From assembly GCA_016212525.1 (NCBI GenBank), contig JACRGD010000005.1, forward strand, positions 1,300 to 65,299: a DNA stretch of 64,000 nt. The letters are read 5' to 3'. Source of the stretch: Candidatus Micrarchaeota archaeon (GTDB lineage Archaea; Micrarchaeota; Micrarchaeia; Anstonellales; Bilamarchaeaceae). This document shows, one piece after another, positions 48,327 to 58,600 of this stretch (positions are counted from its first letter, which is position 1; every line of letters begins with the position of its first letter). Below the pieces are notes generated by a model. It saw only the letters and a program-made list of their open reading frames with translations. It ran no database searches and had not been told where the DNA came from. Both the position numbers and the translations under genes were made by a program.

Positions 48327-49439
48327 TTATTCCTCCTCCTTGCGCACTGCTGCCGTCTGTTTTATGAGATCTTTTAGAACCAAAATCGCCAGTTCATAAT
48401 CTGACCATCGCAGATATTCCCGATCTGTGTGATCGAGTTTTGAATCTCCCGGGCCATAGGCGATAGTGGGTATTTTAGCATCCATCGTTATGTTCATATC
48501 CGCGCTGCCGGATTTCCTTAGATATCTTGGGGTTATCTTCTGACTTCTTGCTGCACCTACCATCCGTCTGACTAGTGGATCGTTAAGCGAAATTTCACAG
48601 CCCGACAGTTGTTCTGTATTTTCGAAATCGATCTTTAGTCCAGCTGGTGCAAGAGAGATGAGAAGTTCACGTATCTCTGTCGTGCTTCTGGTTGGCGGGA
48701 TTCGGACATCAATGAAGAAATCCAGCGAATCAGGAATCGAGTTGAGTGAGTTTTTCTTTCCGTATTCGATGTGGGTTATGTTGAATATTACTGATTCGAA
48801 TGCGTGGTTGCGCGGGAACTCTGTGGAGAGTTTCTGCTGATATTCGACGAGTTTTTCAATGGGATTCTCTGTTTTCATGCCTGCGTGTGCACTCTCCCCT
48901 CTGACGCTAGCGTGAACAAGTATTCTGCCCTTATATGCAATAGTTATTCCATCGCAATTCGATGGTTCTCCATTGACTGCGTATTTTGGTTTTATATATT
49001 TTAGCAGCTCGCGTATTCCTACTGAGATTGGTGCTTCTTCCTCTGTTACTCCAGCGACGATGAGTTTTATTCCCTCTGGCGGATTTGCACTTGCTTCGAT
49101 GTAGCTGGCTACACATCCCTTTGCATCTACCGCACCCCGTCCGCTGATTCCCTCATTATCTGTTTTCACTGGCCAAAATCCAGCTACTGTATCTAAATGA
49201 GAAAATAGTAACAGATCCGCATTTGGGTCTTTTCTATAATCGTAGTTTGCACCTACAACATTTCCTGCGGAGTCGATATCTACATATTTGTATCCCAATT
49301 CTCGCATTCGCTTTGCACAAACTTCTGCCGCTGCCCTCTCTTGCCCAGAAAAACTTTGAGTCTGGACTAATTCTTCGAGGAATCGATGCGAGGCTGGTGA
49401 GCTGTCGTGTTCGTGCTTTCTTTTATCTGTTGCAATCAT
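48327..49439 (-). CDS. lysK: LysW-lysine carboxypeptidase (M20)
   Basis: HLDTV, GRGAVDAKG, EEE, GEPS, SADMN, YGPGDSKLDHT. Confidence 0.9.
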   Translation of the reverse strand: MIATDKRKHEHDSSPASHRFLEELVQTQSFSGQERAAAEVCAKRMRELGYKYVDIDSAGNVVGANYDYRKDPNADLLLFSHLDTVAGFWPVKTDNEGISGRGAVDAKGCVASYIEASANPPEGIKLIVAGVTEEEAPISVGIRELLKYIKPKYAVNGEPSNCDGITIAYKGRILVHASVRGESAHAGMKTENPIEKLVEYQQKLSTEFPRNHAFESVIFNITHIEYGKKNSLNSIPDSLDFFIDVRIPPTRSTTEIRELLISLAPAGLKIDFENTEQLSGCEISLNDPLVRRMVGAARSQKITPRYLRKSGSADMNITMDAKIPTIAYGPGDSKLDHTDREYLRWSDYELAILVLKDLIKQTAAVRKEEE

Positions 49440-50620
49440 GGTAAAACCGACTCCAGTATTCCTAATGCTTCTTCGTAAACTTCCCGCGTTGTATTAAGAG
49501 GCGGGAGCATTCGAAGTGTCGTATCTCCGGCAGTCAAAATCAAAAGACCCTTTGCCTGTGCTGCCTTTACGATTGGTGTACTCTCAACTTTGAGTTCAAG
49601 CCCGATAAAGAGGCCTTTGCCACGAACCTGAACGATCGATGGTTTTCGTGTCATCATCTGCTGGAGTTTTTGGGAAAGCCACAAGCCATTCTCATCTGCT
49701 CGCTCAAGTAATTTTTCATCTTCAATTGCCTTTATTGTAGCATTCGCAGCAGCGCATGCAAACGGATTTCCTCCGAAGGTCGATCCATGCTCAAGGTTCT
49801 TAAAGACGCAAAATTCCTCGTTTGCAATTGCTGCTCCGATTGGAACTCCGCCTCCAAGTCCTTTAGCCAAAGTAACGACATCTGGATAAACTCCTACATT
49901 TTCAAATGAAAAGAACTTACCTGTTCGTCCCATACCTGCCTGAACCTCGTCAAAGACAAGCAGCGTTCCTTTTTGGCTACAGATCTCGCGGGCTGCGCTT
50001 AGGAATGCAACATCTGCAGGCCGTATTCCTCCTTCGCCCTGAATCACTTCGAGAAATACCGCTGCCGTTTCTTCTGTTACTGCATTTCTAAGGCCCTCAA
50101 TATCGTTCATTCTGATCCTTGTAATTGGTCCGATCAGAGGTTCGAATCTCTCTCGATATTTTAGTTTAAATGTTAATGCAAGACTTCCGGCCGTTCTGCC
50201 ATGAAACCCATTCATCGCTGCAACTAGTGCCTTGCGGCCTGTTTTGGCACGGGCAAGTTTAATTGCGGCTTCGTTTGCCTCTGTTCCAGAGTTGCAAAGA
50301 AAAATCTTTCCGCTTTTTCCGCTTGCACTTCGCCAGCGTGATTCGAGACTCTCTAGTAATCTTGTTCTCTCTCCATTTGCAAATGCTTCATTGCAGGTTA
50401 TCATTTTTGATGCCTGCTCCGCGAGTGCCTGTTTTAAGCCCGGGTGGTTGTGGCCAAGAATTGCGACGCCGATACCACTTGTAAAGTCGATGTATCTTTT
50501 GCCCTCTACGTCCCAGACTATGCTTCCCTCTCCGCGCGAGAGTGCGATGTCCCTTTTCTTATAGACTCCCATTTCTAATTTTGTTTCCCGCTCAACTAGA
50601 GATGCGTTTGTTTCGTTCAT
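49436..50620 (-). CDS. lysJ: LysW-aminoadipate semialdehyde aminotransferase (class III PLP)
   Basis: NSGTEANE, FHGRT, QGEGG, DEVQ.G.GRTG, AKGLGGG. Confidence 0.9.
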   Translation of the reverse strand: MNETNASLVERETKLEMGVYKKRDIALSRGEGSIVWDVEGKRYIDFTSGIGVAILGHNHPGLKQALAEQASKMITCNEAFANGERTRLLESLESRWRSASGKSGKIFLCNSGTEANEAAIKLARAKTGRKALVAAMNGFHGRTAGSLALTFKLKYRERFEPLIGPITRIRMNDIEGLRNAVTEETAAVFLEVIQGEGGIRPADVAFLSAAREICSQKGTLLVFDEVQAGMGRTGKFFSFENVGVYPDVVTLAKGLGGGVPIGAAIANEEFCVFKNLEHGSTFGGNPFACAAANATIKAIEDEKLLERADENGLWLSQKLQQMMTRKPSIVQVRGKGLFIGLELKVESTPIVKAAQAKGLLILTAGDTTLRMLPPLNTTREVYEEALGILESVLP

Positions 50621-50625
50621 AAATA

Positions 50626-51498
50626 TCAATTCTCCTCGCTATTTCCAATTTCTTTGCGATTGGCAGTTATGTGCGTTCCGGATCCGTCAAGTGCTTTGCT
50701 TAGTGGCGCCTCGGTCTTGCCATTCCCAATTACTACTCTCTGGACTCCGCCATCAATTGCTTCTGCGCAGGCGAACAATTTCTTTTTCATTCCGCCAGAT
50801 GCCTTGCCACCGCCTGCAATTTCTATTGCCTCTGTTAGCTGGGCTCGAGTGAGCGAACTGACTAAATCGTTCGGGAAGTTTTTGTAATATCCATCAACAT
50901 CTGTGAGCATGACTACTGTATTGGCCTTTAGTTCAGATCCAATCTTTGCCGCAAGCCGATCTCCATCTATGTTGAGTAGGCTCGTTTCACCAAGTGCCAG
51001 TGCTGCAACTACCGGAACATATCCTTCGCGAAGCAATGTGCGCAACAGTCCACCATTTATCTTTTCAATTTTGCCTGTGTAATCATCCCTTACGATTTTC
51101 TGTTTTCCGCTTTCGTCAACTGATGTGATTATCTTCTGCTTTGCCTCGATCAATCTACCATCACAGCCCGAGAGCCCGATTGCATTTACTCCTGTTGTAT
51201 TGAGCGAGACTACCAGCCTGGAATTCGCTTCTCCCCTTAGTGCAAGTGTATATGCTTGGAGGACCTCTGCATTGGTGTAACGCGATTTGAATCCACCTGG
51301 CGAAGTGATGAATTTGGGTGTTATGTTAAGTCGCTTGCAGAGTTCATTGATCTGTGCGCTTCCGCCATGAACAACTACTATCGAGTATTTTGATTGTAAT
51401 GATGCAATGTCCTTTGCAATTTCCTCCGGCTGTTGCGCAGTGCTGCCACCAATCTTGACGACTATAATTGGGCGTTCGTTCGTTTGTGTGTTTGTCAT
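50626..51498 (-). CDS. lysZ: LysW-aminoadipate kinase
   Basis: VVKIGG, VHGGS, SPGGFKSRYT, NIDGDR, GGMKKK. Confidence 0.92.
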   Translation of the reverse strand: MTNTQTNERPIIVVKIGGSTAQQPEEIAKDIASLQSKYSIVVVHGGSAQINELCKRLNITPKFITSPGGFKSRYTNAEVLQAYTLALRGEANSRLVVSLNTTGVNAIGLSGCDGRLIEAKQKIITSVDESGKQKIVRDDYTGKIEKINGGLLRTLLREGYVPVVAALALGETSLLNIDGDRLAAKIGSELKANTVVMLTDVDGYYKNFPNDLVSSLTRAQLTEAIEIAGGGKASGGMKKKLFACAEAIDGGVQRVVIGNGKTEAPLSKALDGSGTHITANRKEIGNSEEN

Positions 51499-51509
51499 GT
51501 GCATTACAC

Positions 51510-52562
51510 CTAAAGTGGGTGGAACCCCGGCTGCCATAGTCCCATTTTTTCATCTAAGCCAAACATCAGATTAAAATTCTGGATTGCCTGTCCACCTGAG
51601 CCTTTGACCAGGTTGTCTATGGTCGACATGACAATCACTCTGCTGCGCTCAGGATCTATCTCGAATCCAATATCTGCAAAGTTGCTTCCAACGACACATT
51701 TTGGTTCTGGATATCGATAAAGCGTGTCCTTGTCCTTGACAAGTCTGACAAACGGTGATTTCGAATAGAATGATCGATATGCCTTCCACAAGTCGAGGTC
51801 TTTCGTTCCGGCTGTATTGAGCCTTGCGTGGACTGTACTTAGAATCCCTCGAACCATTTCCACGGCGTGAGGAGTCATACCAACGGAAACTTTTGATCCT
51901 GCGATCTCGCTTAATTCCTGCTCGATTTCTGCAGTGTGCCGATGGCCGCTTGGCTTATATGATCGAACTGTTCCCTGCCGCTCTGGGTGGTGAGTTGAAA
52001 GATCAAATGCAGCACCGCTTGCCGAGCTGCCGATCTTGGAATCTGCTATTATATTACTATTATCTATAAGTCCTGCTTTGATCAGAGGCGCCGTTCCAAG
52101 TATGATCGATGTGGCAAGGCAGCCGGCACATGCGACTAACTGGGCCTTCTTTATCTCTTCTCGATGCAACTCAGGAATTCCATAAACTGCCTTTGGTAAA
52201 AGTTCCGGGTGCGGGTGCTCCTGGTAATATTTTGCATATGTGTTCTTATCATGAATCCTAAAGTCCGCTGATAAATCGATGATTTTGACTCCGGTTTCGA
52301 GATACTGCTTCACAAAACCCGCAGAAATCTTGTGCGGCAGGCAAAGAAAAAGTGCATCGATGTCTGTGTTGAGTTCCTTTACTGGTACAAAGTTCGCCGA
52401 TGTAAATCCCCGAAGAGTCGGGTTAAGTTTTGTTACTGGAGTTCCTGCAAACCTCTCGGATGTAAGTTGCTTTACTTCCATCTCCGGGTGCATTAGTGCC
52501 CATCTAAGAAGCTCGCCTCCAGTGTATCCGGATGCGCCTACAATTGATATGTCATATGCCAT
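51510..52562 (-). CDS. lysY: LysW-aminoadipyl-phosphate reductase
   Basis: GASGYTGGEL, DLSADFR, GC, HHPER, HRHTAEI, DNLVKG..GQA. Confidence 0.93.
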   Translation of the reverse strand: MAYDISIVGASGYTGGELLRWALMHPEMEVKQLTSERFAGTPVTKLNPTLRGFTSANFVPVKELNTDIDALFLCLPHKISAGFVKQYLETGVKIIDLSADFRIHDKNTYAKYYQEHPHPELLPKAVYGIPELHREEIKKAQLVACAGCLATSIILGTAPLIKAGLIDNSNIIADSKIGSSASGAAFDLSTHHPERQGTVRSYKPSGHRHTAEIEQELSEIAGSKVSVGMTPHAVEMVRGILSTVHARLNTAGTKDLDLWKAYRSFYSKSPFVRLVKDKDTLYRYPEPKCVVGSNFADIGFEIDPERSRVIVMSTIDNLVKGSGGQAIQNFNLMFGLDEKMGLWQPGFHPL

Positions 52563-52577
52563 AAATATCACGCTTGA

Positions 52578-53429
52578 TTATTTCTTTGACCTCTTTACGA
52601 AATACTCGACCATTTTGCCAGGTATATCCGCGCCGGTTGGCTCGACCGAGTTTCTAAATTCTGTCGTGTGGTTGACTTCATGAACGACCAGTCTTCCGTC
52701 TCCAGTTTCCATCATATCTACGCCGTAAATTCCCTCGCCAAAGACGTTTGCCGCTTTAAGTGCAAGTTCGCGAATTTCGCTTGTAACTGGACAGTTGGAT
52801 GCTGTTCCGCCTCTGCCTGTATTGGTTATCCAGCCCGATTTTTCCGTTGAAGTTCGGTATATTGCCCCGACACACTCATCGCCAATCACAAAGACTCGCA
52901 TGTCTCGTCCGGGTTTGTTAATGTGCTCCTGTAAATAGTAGACTTTCTGGAATGCATGGCCCATCTCTTCGCGGGATTCGAGTTCTGCATCCAGCGCCTC
53001 ATCATCATTTAATTTGTGAACTAATCTCGCCCAGCTTCCAAAAACTGGTTTCATGACTACTGGGAATCCGAGCTTCTTTGCTGCAGCCTTTGCTGCATCT
53101 GGAGTAAAAGCTCCGAATGTTTTTGGAGTTGGGACTCCTGCCTTTCCAAGAAGCACTGATGCGAGGAATTTATCGCCGCATAGTTTGTGTGCCTTATATG
53201 GATTGCACACGAATGTTCCCATCTGCTCGAGGTAGAATGACGAGTAAAGAGTTCTGGCATAAGACGATGATCTCTGAAGAACTCCATCGTATTCTTTCTT
53301 CGAGGCAGTCAGTTCCATCATAAGTTCGCTGTCAAAGACTCGCTCGAGAGTTATGCCTCTTTTAGTGGCACTCTCAAAGATCATTTTGTTTTCTGGAGTA
53401 AGAACCGTAAATAGCATTGCAAGACGCAT
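52578..53429 (-). CDS. lysX: Alpha-aminoadipate-LysW ligase (RimK-type ATP-grasp)
   Basis: KPVFGSW, KPGRDMR, AIYR, WITN, EVNHT.EF.NS. Confidence 0.93.
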   Translation of the reverse strand: MRLAMLFTVLTPENKMIFESATKRGITLERVFDSELMMELTASKKEYDGVLQRSSSYARTLYSSFYLEQMGTFVCNPYKAHKLCGDKFLASVLLGKAGVPTPKTFGAFTPDAAKAAAKKLGFPVVMKPVFGSWARLVHKLNDDEALDAELESREEMGHAFQKVYYLQEHINKPGRDMRVFVIGDECVGAIYRTSTEKSGWITNTGRGGTASNCPVTSEIRELALKAANVFGEGIYGVDMMETGDGRLVVHEVNHTTEFRNSVEPTGADIPGKMVEYFVKRSKK

Positions 53430-53502
53430 TTATACACCTGTGTTATAATCGAAAATTTCTCTTTTCAAAATAGAATAAATTAAGATTAATTTGGGACTTT
53501 CT

Positions 53503-53673
53503 TTACTCTCCCCAATCCTCTTCAACGCTTGGCGCGGTTGCAAGACCAAACGGAGCGACTGATTTTACTTCTAGTTTACTTCCACAATCGCCGCAGGAGA
53601 TAATTTCTCCGACTTCAATACCAGCGCGTTGCGCAATCTGTGCGCCGCATTCGGGACATTCTGCATTTGACAT
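53503..53673 (-). CDS. lysW: Amino-group carrier protein LysW
   Basis: CPECG...CGDCG and C-terminal EDWGE; AAGGTGA SD. Confidence 0.97.
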   Translation of the reverse strand: MSNAECPECGAQIAQRAGIEVGEIISCGDCGSKLEVKSVAPFGLATAPSVEEDWGE

Positions 53674-53760
53674 AGTTTCACCTTGAATCATTCGTATATT
53701 GTCCGACAACCTCTTTATTGGTTATCGTCTATACTCTCTCGTTTTTGTTTTCTTATCGCT

Positions 53761-53826
53761 TTACTATATTCGTAATGTATTTTACGAAATCTTTATAAAA
53801 TGGTCTATTTATTACGATATTCGTAA
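53761..53826. promoter_or_regulatory. Lrp/LysM-type operator boxes
   Basis: TTACTATATTCGTAA (53761-53775) and TTACGA-TAT-TCGTAA (53812-53826) between divergent lysW and lrp. Confidence 0.7.
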
Positions 53827-53845
53827 ATCTATTGGCGGTGTTGAA

Positions 53846-54250
53846 ATGGATCAAATCGATACGAACATACTTAAAATTCTCAAGTTAAACTCGCGCTCTT
53901 CCAATGTCGAATTGGCCCGGGCGATTAATCTTACTGAAGGTGCAGTGCGCAACCGGATCGATCGATTGGTCAAAACCGGCATAATTACCAAGTTCACGAT
54001 CGAAACTTCCTCTTCTGCCGCTCTCTCTGCAATCGTAATGATCAGGGCCAAAGCCGAAACCAAACTAATGATGTCTGAGATTTCCAAATCAGGCCTTGCA
54101 AAAGAATCCTATGAAATTTCAGGTGATTTCGATGGCTGCGTGATTATTGAGGGCGGATCGATGGAAGAACTCGATGAAAAAGTAGATAAAATAAGAAAAA
54201 TTAGTTCGGTTGCAGAAACAAAGACATTCATCTCGTTTAAGAGATGGTGA
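53846..54250 (+). CDS. Lrp/AsnC regulator, LysM-like
   Basis: MDQIDTNIL..L..NSR....ELA..I.LTEGAVRNRI; YEISGDFD; DKIR...V..TKT. Confidence 0.9.
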   Translation: MDQIDTNILKILKLNSRSSNVELARAINLTEGAVRNRIDRLVKTGIITKFTIETSSSAALSAIVMIRAKAETKLMMSEISKSGLAKESYEISGDFDGCVIIEGGSMEELDEKVDKIRKISSVAETKTFISFKRW

Positions 54251-54253
54251 TGA

Positions 54254-55459
54254 TTATATCGTGCCAAGTAGACCTGCAAGTAACAATGGTCTGCTTATTG
54301 CATCACAATCACCCGGATGAACTAAGATGATCTTTTTTTCTGCTGAAAATCCTTTGAATTGTGAGGTACTCTTTGATCGTCCACCAATTTCGATAACAAT
54401 TTCTTTTACTAGGTAATCTGGTGTTTTTTCTCCTCTGTTGGATTTGAGATAATTAACTTCTGCGCCGAGGTATCTCATTGTGTCTGTGAAAAAATCTTCT
54501 CTAAGTGCGCCTATGCATTCTTTTTTATCTCGGTAAAGTAGTCTGTACGGAAGTCCCATTAATATTTTTGGTTCTTTGAGCACATTTGTGCCTCGTGGCA
54601 TAATTCGTTTGAATACAAATGCATGTTCAAGAATCTCCGTATACTTTTCTGCCTTATATCGGGTTATATTAAGATTCTTAGAAATTGTCGTGTAATTCAT
54701 ATTTTCAATTGCAGAATTTCCAACAAACGTTACGAGTTTTCTTATTTCCACTGCTTCTTCTGGGCTTACTTTGCCGCTTAAGATGAGGTCTTTGTTTATT
54801 ATAGTTTCCAGAATGCGACGAAATAATGGCAGCGGGTCCGTTTTACCTATTGTGAATGGATAATTTCTACCTTCGAGATATTTTTCAAATAAATGTTCGA
54901 TATGCATTACTGTTCCATAATATTCTCGAGCCGTTTTTTCTTCTACTAATGTCTCTAAAGAAAGCTCTTGAATTCTTTCTCCTGTTTCAAAAAATACAAA
55001 CTCTCCAAACGAAAAAGGCGGCGCGTTTAATAGTCTTACTCGTCGCGAGAGATCATACGAAAGATCATGAAGCGAAATTGCTGCTGATGAGGTAAATACG
55101 ATGTTAATTTTTAAAAAATCATATATTTTTTTAAGTTCTTTATCAAAACCTGGTGAATTATGTATCTCATCCAGAAGAAGTAGTTTTATGCCGTTTTCTT
55201 CTGCCTCTTTTGCAAATGCGTATACTCCACTTTCTGGTTTTATTGTATCAAGCGAAAGATAGAGAGACGATTTATTTGTGCTATGTATCTGTTTTAGCGT
55301 TATTGTTTTCCCGACGCCTCTAGGGCCTACAAGACCAATAAAAATTCGCTCTGGCAGATGCCGAATCACCGTTTCGTAGAAGAAACGCTTCTTGGAGTAT
55401 TCAGTGCCGTCCTCCTTGGCTCTTGCGCTAAGTTCTAATATTTCTTGATCGATTGCCAT
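54254..55459 (-). CDS. COG1373-type AAA+ ATPase (AAA_14 plus C-terminal nuclease-like domain)
   Basis: GPRGVGKT, LLLDEIH, DLSRR, TPDY....IEIGG. Confidence 0.85.
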   Translation of the reverse strand: MAIDQEILELSARAKEDGTEYSKKRFFYETVIRHLPERIFIGLVGPRGVGKTITLKQIHSTNKSSLYLSLDTIKPESGVYAFAKEAEENGIKLLLLDEIHNSPGFDKELKKIYDFLKINIVFTSSAAISLHDLSYDLSRRVRLLNAPPFSFGEFVFFETGERIQELSLETLVEEKTAREYYGTVMHIEHLFEKYLEGRNYPFTIGKTDPLPLFRRILETIINKDLILSGKVSPEEAVEIRKLVTFVGNSAIENMNYTTISKNLNITRYKAEKYTEILEHAFVFKRIMPRGTNVLKEPKILMGLPYRLLYRDKKECIGALREDFFTDTMRYLGAEVNYLKSNRGEKTPDYLVKEIVIEIGGRSKSTSQFKGFSAEKKIILVHPGDCDAISRPLLLAGLLGTI

Positions 55460-55489
55460 GCTTTAAATACGTTGCTTCAATTTAAAAAT

Positions 55490-55536
55490 ATGCATTTTAG
55501 CAAAATGATTTACTATAATGCATGCATTTTAGCAAA
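55490..55536. repeat. 15-bp direct repeat ATGCATTTTAGCAAA, two copies, upstream of the ATPase
   Basis: 55490-55504 and 55522-55536. Confidence 0.7.
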
Positions 55537-55636
55537 TTCAGTAACTAAAATGTCAAAATGCCGTTAATTTTACTTCTTAGTTGGTAAAAAATAAGAAAAT
55601 TAGTTAGGTTTCAGAAATCAAGACATCTGCGATGTG

Positions 55637-58600
55637 TTATTGCACTTCTTGTTCCAATCTAGCAACTATTCTTGCTATTTCTGATCTATATTGCGCTACT
55701 CTTCTATCAACAGTCAGTGTTGCACTTCCTACTGCTATTACTCGTATTCCTTCATATACTGTGCTCATGCTCAGTCGGTTTCTTTCTAATCTGTGTTTTG
55801 TCTCTACTAGGTCTGCTATTATTATGTCTAAATCTGCAGAAGGAACTGTTCTTAGGGCCGCTCTTATAGCTCGTTCCTCTTCTGCTCTCTCTCTATTTAA
55901 GGCCGCTCCTCTTCTGCTCTCTTCCCATCCTGCACTTTCTCTACTTACAACCGGTCCTCCTCCTTGAATGTTCATCGTTCCTGCCTCTCTCAATAATCTT
56001 TGTTCTTCGGGAGTTAAATCTCTTGGTGCGGGTGTCGGTGTTACTGCTACTCTTGCTCGTGCTTCAAGTTGTGCTGCTCTGTCTCTAAGTCTATCAAGTT
56101 GTTCGACAAATCCCGCGCGGGTTGTTTCTCGTCCTGCTATTGGTCCTTTTTCTGCATCTGTTGCATGTAGTTGATCGAGACTCGAAATAACTCCTGAAAT
56201 ATTTCCTCTATAGACTGTTAGTGAAGTTCCGATTTCGCCTTCTCGTGTTACTCTGTGACTGGTTGCATCGCGACTTCCGATCGTTCTGCGCACGGCCGTG
56301 AGTCGTCTTAATGCCGCAGCCCGATCTGTAGCGATAAGTCGTTCAATTGCATCAAGTTCATTCTGAGCGACCTGGAGATCCCTTCTTGCCTGGGCTTCTC
56401 TTCTTTCAAATGTTGCATCGCGCGTAGTTACTAATTGCGTTACTTGTTCAACTCTTCTCTGTTCTGCCCGTTCTGCTGCACTTGGTCTTCTTGGTGCGGG
56501 TGTCGGTTGCTCCTGTGGCGTCTGCACTGTAGTTGGTTCAGGTCCAAGTATGTCCCTTGCGGTGCTTTCGAGTCTAAATCTTAAAGTTGCAAGTGCTTGG
56601 TCTGGGCCAATTCTTCTACTTAATGTTTGGAGTGCTTCTGCGAACTGTCGATTATTTCGATACGTCGCTGTGAGTTCCATATTATCATTATGTACCCCAT
56701 TGAGTATGTCTGTAACCTGATCCGCTACTGCAGGTGTTCTCAACTGCTCGAGAGTCAGCGTTCCTATATTCGCTGTAGTTACTGTGAACTGTCTTGGTGC
56801 TGGTCTAGTCTGTGCGACTGGGGGTGCGGGTGTCGGTGTCTGTACTGCTACTCTTGCACTTGTTTCTCCTTGTGCTGCTTCGCCAGTTTGACCTGAGGGA
56901 ATTACTATTCCTCTGCTGCGGTTGACTACCTCTCCCGCTGGAATTGGTTGTCCTCTTGCGGCTGCAAGGCTTACTGGGTCTTGAGTTGGCACTGGTGCAG
57001 TTGCTTCTCTTGCGGCCTCTTCTCGTCTTCGTTCCTGAGCCACTGCGATTCTTTGTTCGGCATCTAGTAAGTCTGATCTTAAGGTATATCCGCTCGAAGC
57101 AGGTCTGGTGCGATCAAACGGTTCACGTAGTGCAACCTCAGGAATCCTAAGGGGTGGTTCTTCTGGTCGTATTGTTGCCTCCCGTCTTGCTTGCGGGACT
57201 GTCTGCTGGTCTGTGGCGGCAATCATATTGGTAGTTACTCCTCTTGAAAGATTTGCAATACGGACTGAAATCGGATCATTCTGCGGGATCTGGAGTGCGA
57301 CTCTAAGTTCCTCCAAACCCTGAACAAGTGGAACGCGGCCCATCTGGTTTCTCTGTTGTATATTCCAGGTATTCCAGAAGTTAGTGTTCTGACTCATTTC
57401 TCTAAATAGTGATTCTCCCTGGGCAAGCTGTTCTGAATTTGCTCCTCCTTCTCTCCATCTATACTGGAGATAAATTAGATCTGCCCGAACGAGTCCTTCT
57501 CTTTGGCGTTCCTCAAATTCTGCCTGACTTGTAGGCGGTCTGACCATTGTCATTACTCTTTCAGGTGGATTAAGTCTCGCCATATCATTTTCTCCAGGCA
57601 GATAATTTCCAGCGACTGCTGTTGATGGCTGCCGGTCTGCGTTTGCAGTTGCCTGAGCCACCAATCTGTCTCGCTCTCCAGTTAATCGCAGGAGTTCGCT
57701 GCTTCGTCCATCGACAAAATGCTGCGCCTCGTTAATTGCCATTGCAACATTTCCGTTTGTGCGTCGCAATAATGTCATTGCATCTGAACTCAATTCTGCG
57801 TTTGGATTGTGTAGTCTTGCTTCCAATTCTTCTCTGGTATGCGTGGCTCGTTGGGCTATATGTGTTTCCTCAAGTACGTGCCTTTGGGCATCCAGTTCCG
57901 CTATCGCTCCCTGGGAATCAAATTGGCCATTTACCACGTGTCTGCGTATAAGTGAGACAACTGAACCTGAAGGAAATCTGGATATGAGTGTTGCAGGACT
58001 CCAATTCTGTGCTCCCGCTTCCATGAATGTGTTTTCGAGCGTTCTTAGTTGGTCCATTGTATTTTGATATGTCCAATTTGGATCTCCTGCGACAACCCGT
58101 GCGCCAAATCGCTGGGCAGTTGTGAAAATTTGTTGTGCATATTCCTCGGAATGGACCGTTGCCGGTGTAATTCTCACTTCCTGAGTCGGATGCATTGGTT
58201 GTATCTGAGGAAGCGGTGGCCTAGTTCTAGCTGTGACATGAAAATCTACCAATCCTGCGTTTTCAAGTTCGTGCCTGAGTCCTGAAATTGTATGATTAAG
58301 ATTTTGTATGGGTGAGTGAAAATCTCTGGTTCGGCTTCCCTGGCCTACCATTTGCGCGATTCTCATTTCTTCTGCATTTATCGGATCGTTTCTGACTCCC
58401 TGCCCCAAATCTCTTAGTCTTTCCAATTCATTAAGAACAAAAACCGCTCTCTGATTTCTGGTTTCGTTTGGTCCCATGTATATTCCGTTTGCCTGCTGGC
58501 TCTGGTATACCATTCGCCATTGGTCGCTAAGGTAATTTCGTGCCTCTGGGGCAAGGGCCGGTTGTGTCTGGCCACTTAGTATGTTGGTAACTACGGTATT

